A model generated the notes under the pieces. It saw only the letters and a program-made list of their open reading frames with translations. It searched no databases and was not told the DNA's origin. Positions 55,401 through 64,000 of a stretch of DNA of 64,000 nt are shown here, piece after piece. Position numbers and translations under genes: made by a program. This DNA comes from Proteromonas lacertae (taxonomy: Eukaryota). The number at the start of each line of letters is the position of its first letter. Within the stretch, counting starts at the first letter, position 1. The DNA lies in NCBI GenBank assembly GCA_002245135.1, contig NGBS01001167.1, positions 124,001 to 188,000 on the forward strand, written 5' to 3'.

Positions 55401-58400
55401 CTTCAACAATCATAGCATTATGAATTGCATCTAAAGCATCAGTGAATGAATAAGGAACTTCTAAACCTTCATAATCATTAAACTGAATATTACTAAAAGC
55501 ATTTTCAAATATCTTTGCAGCTAAAAATACATTTTCACTTCCATGAGTTGTATTAACTGCAAATGAATATTCTTTATTGAATATTTCTCTTACATCTGTT
55601 AATGGATAATAATCTTTATGAAAACTAACCCAAATATAATGACCAATCATATATTTACCATATGGACCATCAATATCTACTCTTCTCACCTTTTCAGATA
55701 TTACTGTAAACTTATCGGCAGTCATTCCTAAATCATGCATTGCTTTGAATATATCGAATCTAGCATTACCATTTAATAATGACAATATTACACCGCTACT
55801 CATTTTAGATTGTAATAAAGTCAATATTTTTTCCATATCATAACCAGTAATTGGAATTTCAATAACAGCAACTGGAGTAACTGATCTAATTCTTAATTCA
55901 CCCTGTATATACTGCATTATAGTATTTTGAGAAAGTTTATTTGTATATAAAATAGCAATATTAGATTTATCAAATGTAGAGACAATCCAAGGAATATATG
56001 CTGTTCTAAGAGAGAAAGGCATTCCACAATATATAATATTCTCTTTACATTCAAAACCTTCAAAATCATGAGGATAAAACAAGATAATACCATTCTCATT
56101 CAAATTTTTAGAAATTTCATTTCTTGTAAATGAATCATAACATCCAAATGCAATTCTTGTGTGATATAATCTCTTCATGTCTTTAATAGTTGTATATATA
56201 TCTTCATCATCAGTCGAATCAATTACTAATGGACTAATATATCTTTCTTGAATACCACCTTTTTCATTAATCAAGTCAAAGCTAGACAAGAATGAATAAA
56301 CCATTTCATTTCCTATATAAGCATCAGCATTTGATAATGGTCCAAATATAATCACATTAAATTTCTTTTCTCTAATCTCACCTTCTCCTTCATTTCTAAA
56401 ATTACATATATACTGTTCAGTAGTTGAATCAGAAGTTAAATAAAATGTCTCTGCTGGGAAATAACTTGATAATTTATTAACCATAACAATATTTCCATCT
56501 TCATCACTTGTCATTATTGAAATCTGTACTTGTATATGAAAATCTTTATCAACTGCCAACTCACCAAAAGATGTCTTTATTTTATTATTTAATATATAGT
56601 TTCTAACAATTTCATAATCATCATTCAATGTATTACCCAAAACATCAATTATAAATTCATATCCTAAAATAGCACGAGATTGAACTGATGTTGGTACAAT
56701 ATTATCACCAAACACTTTACTCCACAAATATTGTATATATTCAGCATTATAAGCATAACTACTAACTAATAACAAATTACCAATTCTTAAAGTTGAATTG
56801 ATATTTGTATAAATATCTATTCTATCAGTTACAATAACATATTTATCAGTATAAGCATCAGAACTTGAACAATCTTTGCTTTTATAACTTTCAGAATTGC
56901 ATATTATTTCATTGAATGTAGTATATAAATATTCAGAATATTTATCCAAATAATTAAATATAACACCACCATCATTCATGTATCTTAATACCTTAGCTAA
57001 CACTCCAAATATTTCTTTTTCTACATCTTCTTTACTTTTACTTTCATCAATAACAACATCTACTGGAGTATAATAACCACTTTCTGATAAATCTTTTATC
57101 AGAATATCATGAATAAGTGAATTATTGAAATTATCAGCCATTATGACAAATGCAACAAGTGGATAATTATCTGATACATAATTTAATAGTGGAAATATTT
57201 GTTGATAAGGAGATAAACCTAAATTCAATGTTGAATCATTACAAGCTGATGTTTGTTGATCTTCTGCAATTAACATAAATGACTTGCTCAATTTTCCAAT
57301 ATATTTATTATTCACTTCTGCAGAACATGCACTTATAATGAATCTATATGATTGATTGAATGACCTTTCAATTGCTTCTTCATCTTCACATAAAGTCCTT
57401 TTCAATTCATAATTTAAACCTCCAAAACCACCTTCTTCATTGGTAATATCTTGATATTCACTCATTAAGAAGTATATTGATTCATCATATTTATCATGCC
57501 AAACTGCAAATGTATATGTCTCTTTCTCATATATTGTATCACTAACACCTTCATCAAAATCACAAACTTGATTTTTATTACTTATCTATTAAAATTAAAT
57601 AAATATATAAATATGAATAAATACTACAACAGAAAATGGTGATCTATCAAACATATGATTCTGATATAACAACAATGAATCACTATCACTACCAAACTTA
57701 TGAATATTGAAATAAGATTTCATTACATTGGAGGTAGATATTTCAGTTACACCATATGGGGTATTTTCTGATAGTTTATACAACTTATATCTCAATTCAG
57801 CAGATGATTCAATATACATATTTCCCATGGCTGTACTTACTAATGTCATTGCATTAAAACTATAAATAAATAAGATAGATAGATATATACGCAGCAACAG
57901 AATCTTCATGCATTTGTATTGGCAAATCTGCATAAAACAATTCAATTATTGATTTCATCTGAGTATTTTCAACAATATCTTTATATAATGAATAAGATGA
58001 AATATAATAATAACCTTCATAATTGCTTTTATTTTCATATATAAAATACTCTGGATATAATAAATCTAATATAACTACTGGATAATCTTCAGCATCAAAA
58101 CCCCAATTACGCATATTATCTACAAATTCACGTGTCTTACTTCCTAATAAAGTATAAATTGTAGTAGAATTGAATTCTGACTTTAATGTTGTTAAGTTTG
58201 TTTCTAATATATCAAAATCAATAAAAGGGATAATCTCACAATTATAAGAAGCATATGTCTTAACAACTTTGTACAAATAATCAGCAATATCAACATTTGT
58301 ACTATATATATAATATAATAATAATAGATACGTAAAATTATCACTAATAATTCTACATTCAGATTGTCTAGCTGAAAAATAACCAAACATTGAAAGTGCA

Positions 58401-61344
58401 TATTGGTGAGGAAGTCTACCAATTTGGATAATTTGTTTATCACAATCTTCACCTTGACTTTGATGAATACTAAATAACAATTTATCTTGTTCAGCTAATA
58501 TTGGTTTTATTGCTGCTCTTTCTTCTTTAGTAAATTACAATTAAAGAAATATAAAATTACAATAAAACAGTAAATAAATAAAAAAAAGATATGATGTTGT
58601 TCCAATATAACATAATACATCAGTTGGATCTATACCTTTCATATAATTAACCATTTCTTCAATTGAATCAAATGGTGGTACAATTATTTTAACCATATTT
58701 CCAGCAATGCCTCCTTGAGAATTCATATATTCACCTATTTGATTAGCTGTATATCCATAATAATCAACTCTTTTACTATTCAATTCAGTTTTCACATATA
58801 TAAAATATATTATTTTCACAGTCAAATGATCTAATTTACCATTTACCCAATCACAGTAATCAGATGGATCATAAAAAGCAGGTGCAATTTGTGTACCTTT
58901 TGATTTTGCTGTTTCATGAATTGTTCTATTTACAACTACACCTGAATGGAATAAATAACTAACGTAACCAAAGGTACCAACATAACAATGACCACCAGGA
59001 CCATCAAAATAACTATTTCTTGCACCTCTATATATATATATATATATATATGATAATGTAATAATAATATATAATAATGAATAAAATATACAATAAAAAT
59101 GATTGTAAATTATCAGTTCTTCTTGCTCTATTGAACGATCTTGACATAATAAACGCTGTTGAATACAATTGTGCCATATTTGAAGTGATTGGCCCAAAAT
59201 AATTCTCATTTCTCACTTCTCTTCTTAATTCTTCACTTACTTCAGAAACCATTGTATCAAAGTAATAACTGACAACATAATGGCCATTGGTAGCTTCTTC
59301 ATCAATCATTTCTAACGTTTCTTCATCTAAAACATAGGATATAATATGGAATTTATCAGATGTAATATTCCATTGTTTTACAGCATTAAAGAAATTGACA
59401 TAATAACTTCTTTCTAATACATTAATTACATAACAACCTTCTTCACACCACGATTTAATCTCACTACAAGCGTTTTGAGCGTTTTGTTCAGTATTATCAT
59501 CTAAATAAAACGGTTCAGCATCTAACATAATTCCATTTTCTTCAGCACTACTTGCAATAATATTGGATGCATTAATAGAAGTAACACTATTACAATATAT
59601 TATCATAATATGTTTCATTTCATATAATTCCATTGTCGATCTCCACAGTGTTTGTATATTAACTCCCATTGATAATACTCTGTTATTACATTGTTCACCA
59701 CCTGTTATACTGTAACTAATAATAGGAATATCATAATTCAATAATTTAATCATATCATTTAAAATATTATCTGGACCAAAGTATAATATTGCAATTACAT
59801 TGAATTTTTCATAATATTTCTTTATATCATTCATTACAGATTCACTACCTTTAGCAGCATCCACAGGAATAGTTAATGTTTTAGTTTCTAAGATTGGTTC
59901 TTCATTATTTATTTTATCTAAAGCAGCATCAATTGTATATTGTACTCCACCAACTAATTTCTTTGATGGACCTGATAAAAGTGTAATAAATAGTACATAT
60001 TGATAAGTAGACCTAAAATTAGTATCAGATATTAAAAAATCACAGAGTAATTCGATTGGCTCACCATTTAATTCTTTTTCTTGAATATCATTACTTATTG
60101 GAAGAGTTCTATATGGTTTATCAGCTAATTTATTTGCACCACTATCTAAAATTACTTCATAACCATCTACATTGCTTACAAGGACGTTATTCGATAATAA
60201 ATAATAATTAATTTCATTAATAGTCCTAACTTCATTATATAAACTATTGATAACCATTTCTGGATCTGTTATTCCTTTTTCTTTTACTTCAGTTAAATAT
60301 AACAATAAAAGTTCATAACTATATGAATAATAATATATAATAATAATTTATATATATTTATACAATATTTTTTCCTCTGTTGTAAAATCATCTATTGATA
60401 CTTTAGCTGGAAGTGTAGCTGGAGCAGATGGAGATGGTCGATTATCTATTACATCATCATATGCAGTTACAAACGCAGTGTCTTTAGAAATATCAAGTGA
60501 TAATATTTGTGAAGCCATATAAAATGAATATTTACCATCTGCATCTCTAGTTGTAGGGAAATGAGAAACATCTCCAGATGAAAACTCTTGAAAGGAAATC
60601 ATGGTTATATTTAATACCTCTGTTGATATATAAGTAGCAACAGGAGTAGTTTCATCAGCTGTTAATAGGTTTATAAATATTGCTTCATCGTTTTTAAATT
60701 CATCCAATACACTTTTCCATAATTTATCATCAGCTGGATCTAATTTGATAATTCTGGTTAAATTCATTTCACTTGTTTGAAAGAATTTTGTGTAAACATC
60801 AACACAAGCTTTCATATCGCTTGCTTCAGAATACATTAGTATAAAATTTGTGTAATTGTTCCAATAATAATTCATATCTATTAAGAAAATGTAGAAATTT
60901 TACAATCATACATTGAAATGACGAATCACACGTCAGATAACCTCTAACTATACGATTATAACATATTGGAAGTGTTCCAAGCACTGAATTAACTATGTAC
61001 ATGTTATATTGGTTATAAATTTTGTTAGATTCCTCAATAGCACTCATATTACTTCTTATACCTTTATATTTAGTAAATACAACACCGCATTTACCTGATT
61101 TCCCTAGACTGGTAAAAGTATCAAGATTATCCTTGTAACTAGTTGTCCCAAATTTCTTAACCTTCATATTATTCTTATCCTTAATCCCCATCGATTTAAA
61201 TAGGGCTTGACTTATATAAATGAACACATCGGCGTACTGGTCATCTTCAAACGCAAAACATACATTATCCAACTCTATATCATCATCTGTTTTACATGTA
61301 CATAAAAAACTAAACAACACGATAAATAAGAATAACGATTTCAT
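49434..61344 (-). CDS. Giant class C GPCR-like receptor: signal peptide + 9 tandem UrtA/AmiC-type binding domains + 7TM (about 3830 aa)
   Basis: Introns 60878-60911, 60319-60363, 59028-59091, 58530-58592 (AT-AC), 58302-58331, 57860-57890, 57586-57624, 51070-51104, 50127-50164 and 49906-49944 leave 11493 nt in one frame. Repeats of about 385 aa; class C 7TM motifs (CVAR, AKVTKIYRKY, W...P, KTKN...ND). Confidence 0.9.
58530..58592 (-). other. U12-type (minor spliceosome) AT-AC intron, 63 nt
   Basis: 5' ATATCTTTT, branch-like TTTCTTTAAT about 10 nt before the terminal AC; removal restores IGTTSKEERAAIKPIL and deletes an in-frame stop. Confidence 0.85.
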
Positions 61345-61442
61345 TTTGATTTTTGTAACGACCATTTCTTCAAATGTATCAATTCTTGAATTTATGATGA
61401 GACACAAGAAATAAAGAAAGAGACATATGCAAAATAATTAAA

Positions 61443-64000
61443 TTAACTATCATTGCTTTCTTCGCCTTTACATCTCGTTATATGATCAACCATATCTTGG
61501 TGGTTTGTGAAAAATGTCTTCTTGCAATACACGCATGTCCATTCTTTAGTCATAAATTCATTGAATCCAATCAATCCCATCTTCTTATCAATGTGATACA
61601 AACTATCAAACCACAAAAACTCAATAATTTGTGTTCCCTTCCTTTTAAAACTATTTGTATTAATAATTGCCTGTGATTCAAGGTCTCTCATACTATCGCC
61701 CTTACTAATCTCATTCAAAACAGGAATTCCACTCTATACGATAATAAATCAATAATTAATATAATACTATCATAGTTTCTGCTTCATTTGATGGGATATA
61801 ATCAACATGATAAGATATCTTTTGATTATAAAACTCAGAAATATCATCACATATATCATGTGCAGTTGTTGTATGTGGAGGTGTATTACTTTTATATGAT
61901 TTATTAATTTCTATTAATTCAGGAGGAATAGTTGATATATTTTGAGTTGTAAGTTCAATATTAGTTAAAGGTGGTGGAATAGTTTCAAGTTTATTATAAA
62001 TTAAGAAATGAATTCTCCTTTCTTATTTTCAATGCTTTTGTTAGAACCTAATAACAATAATTATTCTATAAGTTATACTTTCAAAGATTCATGTTGTGTT
62101 TTAAACTTTATCAAAATCCATTTATCGAGGAATAATTGTGTTAAATCATTGTTAGTATCAATGGAAGAACATAACAGCAAAAGTGTTGGTAATAAATCAA
62201 TTCTATAAGTATTCATTAAATATGGTTTTAGAGTTTCTAATATTTCTTCAAAACATAATATCTCATGATAAAACATTGTTTTTGTCTATTAAAAATAAAT
62301 GAATATGATAATACTTTTGAAATAGCTTCTCCCATATAAGGTAATAAAACTGATGTTGGATGTAAGAATAAATACATTTTATATGGTGAGTGAAAAAGTG
62401 CATCAGCTGGAGTTCTATTTATATTTCTAGTGATAAATATAATATTATTAAATAAAATACCCTTCATCTGGAAATGCAAAGTTTGGATTTAGTCCAGCAG
62501 CCATTATAAATGATAAAATTCTTTTATCTTTATGACTTATTTCTGTTATTTCTTTTGATATTGCTCTAAAATCAAATGATTCTCTTTCATTAGTAAAAGC
62601 AAAAGATTTTTTATCTTCTTTTTCTTCCTCTTCTTCTTCATTATCTGATCCATAAGTTTCAGAAAGTCTTAAAAATCTTTTATCTTTACTTACAAATAGA
62701 TTTGATGGTTTTTTATGTCTTCTATCTTCTCTATTCAAAATAACAATAAATTCAATATATATAGATATAGATATATACTTTGTTATTGGTTTTAGATATA
62801 ATTTCTGTTCACTTAAAATCTCTAAGAATTGTTGTCTTAGTTTCAAAATATCATAAAGTCTCTGTTCATTCAAATTATGTCTTTTACACCAATGATAACT
62901 GTTTTTCCCTTCTTTCTTTGTTTTAACCCATTGATAGAATATATTATATAGTGTGAAAGGATCTCCTGAATAATCATCAAATACTCTTTTGTTATATAAA
63001 TCAACACCATTTCCTGCTTTTTTGTTAATATATGGAGACTATGAATTAACAAATGTAAATATATATATATATATATATACTTGAACTGATATAATTCCAG
63101 CTAATAAACATATTTCTTCAGTATAATTTAATATTGATCCATATATTAACATCTTACCAACTGATACTTCAACAGGTAATAATGACAGCAAATTACCTAA
63201 TGGTGTTAATAGTTTATGTTCAGAATGATCTAATGCATCGATTGATTCTAATAGTTCAATTGCTTGTGATATTGTTTTAAATGGAGGAGTTTGATAAAAT
63301 GGAAATTCAAATGGATCAGATGATGGTAATATTTTATGGAGAAATAGAGTTTTAATCTAATTTATAATATATTATTAATAACAATACTTGCAAAACTACA
63401 CTTTCTAAACTAATTCTACATATCTCTGGTATATTATAATCCTCAAAATCATTAAAATTTTCAATTGCATATATTCTAAAACATTTCCCTGGTCCAGTTC
63501 TTCCTGCTCTTCCTTTCCTTTGTTCAGCTGATGCTTTACTTATATAATATTCTTTCAATTGATGTGTATGACTGGATATATCATGATTCATTTCTTTAAC
63601 TTTTCCAGAATCAATAACAAATCTTATTCCATCAATTGTTATGGATGTTTCTGCAATGTTTGTGGATAGAATGCATTTACGAATTCCTAATGGAGCAATA
63701 TCAAATACTTTATCTTGTTTGTCTACTGATAAAGTACTATGTAATGGTAAAACAATCCATTTCTTTGATAACTGAACATACTAAATATTTACATTATAAA
63801 TGAGTAACTATATACATCTTTAAGACTATTAGCAACATAATTAATCTCTTGTAAGCCACTTAAAATATCAAAACATCGCCTCTTTCATAAGATGGATATT
63901 CTTTATCAATTCTTTGTAATAATGATAAATATGGTGAAGTAAAAGTAGAACCATTTGATTTCTATATATAATAAACAATAATAATTATTATAAATACATC
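61443..64000 (-). CDS. DHX34: DEAH-box RNA helicase DHX34-like (5' part outside the window)
   Basis: [67 protein letters not shown]-terminal CxxC...H..RC zinc finger. Confidence 0.85.

Noticed and set aside
51070..57465. Bacterial urea ABC transporter operon or contamination
   Set aside because: The binding domains are fused in one spliced gene ending in a 7TM domain, with host-like composition and no permease or ATPase genes.
58302..58331. GTATCT-starting 30-nt intron as a second U12 intron
   Set aside because: It lacks the full RTATCCTT donor and a branch motif, and has the typical local major-intron size.
59029..59050. (TA)n runs here and near 1422, 43620 and 63060 as CRISPR or mobile-element repeats
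   Set aside because: Simple intronic microsatellites; no spacers, cas genes, transposase or terminal repeats.
1..64000. tRNA, rRNA or transposon genes
   Set aside because: No GC-rich structured segment or reverse transcriptase/transposase motif was seen by eye; small AT-rich ncRNAs cannot be excluded without a covariance search.

Overview
This is very AT-rich, gene-dense eukaryotic (protist) DNA, not prokaryotic. It carries about 28 protein-coding loci in the standard genetic code, split by very short (mostly 25-45 nt) GT-AG introns, which is why the ORF track is fragmented. Intron size, TGTT-rich 3' motifs and an AT-AC intron suggest a Blastocystis/Proteromonas-type stramenopile (inference only). 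Housekeeping genes include a Sen1/Upf1-like helicase, ADAT1-like deaminase, MSH6, INO1, two spastin-like AAA ATPases, VAP, TFIIE-beta, NudC, OGG1, B9D2, an FHA-RING ligase, Cpn10, a CK1-group kinase, CCDC22 and a DHX34-like helicase. The standout is a 12-kb minus-strand gene (49434-61344, about 3830 aa after removing 10 introns). It encodes a signal peptide, nine tandem bacterial UrtA/AmiC-type (urea/amide-binding) Venus-flytrap domains and a class C GPCR 7TM domain. One of its introns is a U12-type AT-AC intron found in only one repeat. Other notable items: a temptin-FN3-ferric reductase fusion, TPM-RING receptors, an inverted spastin/TPM-RING duplication with a homogenised 852-bp core, an 80-aa internally deleted Hsp70, and a recurrent upstream motif AAACGA(C/A)TATATT. 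Scattered homopolymer frameshifts look like assembly errors. All family assignments are from motif recognition by eye; no searches were run.
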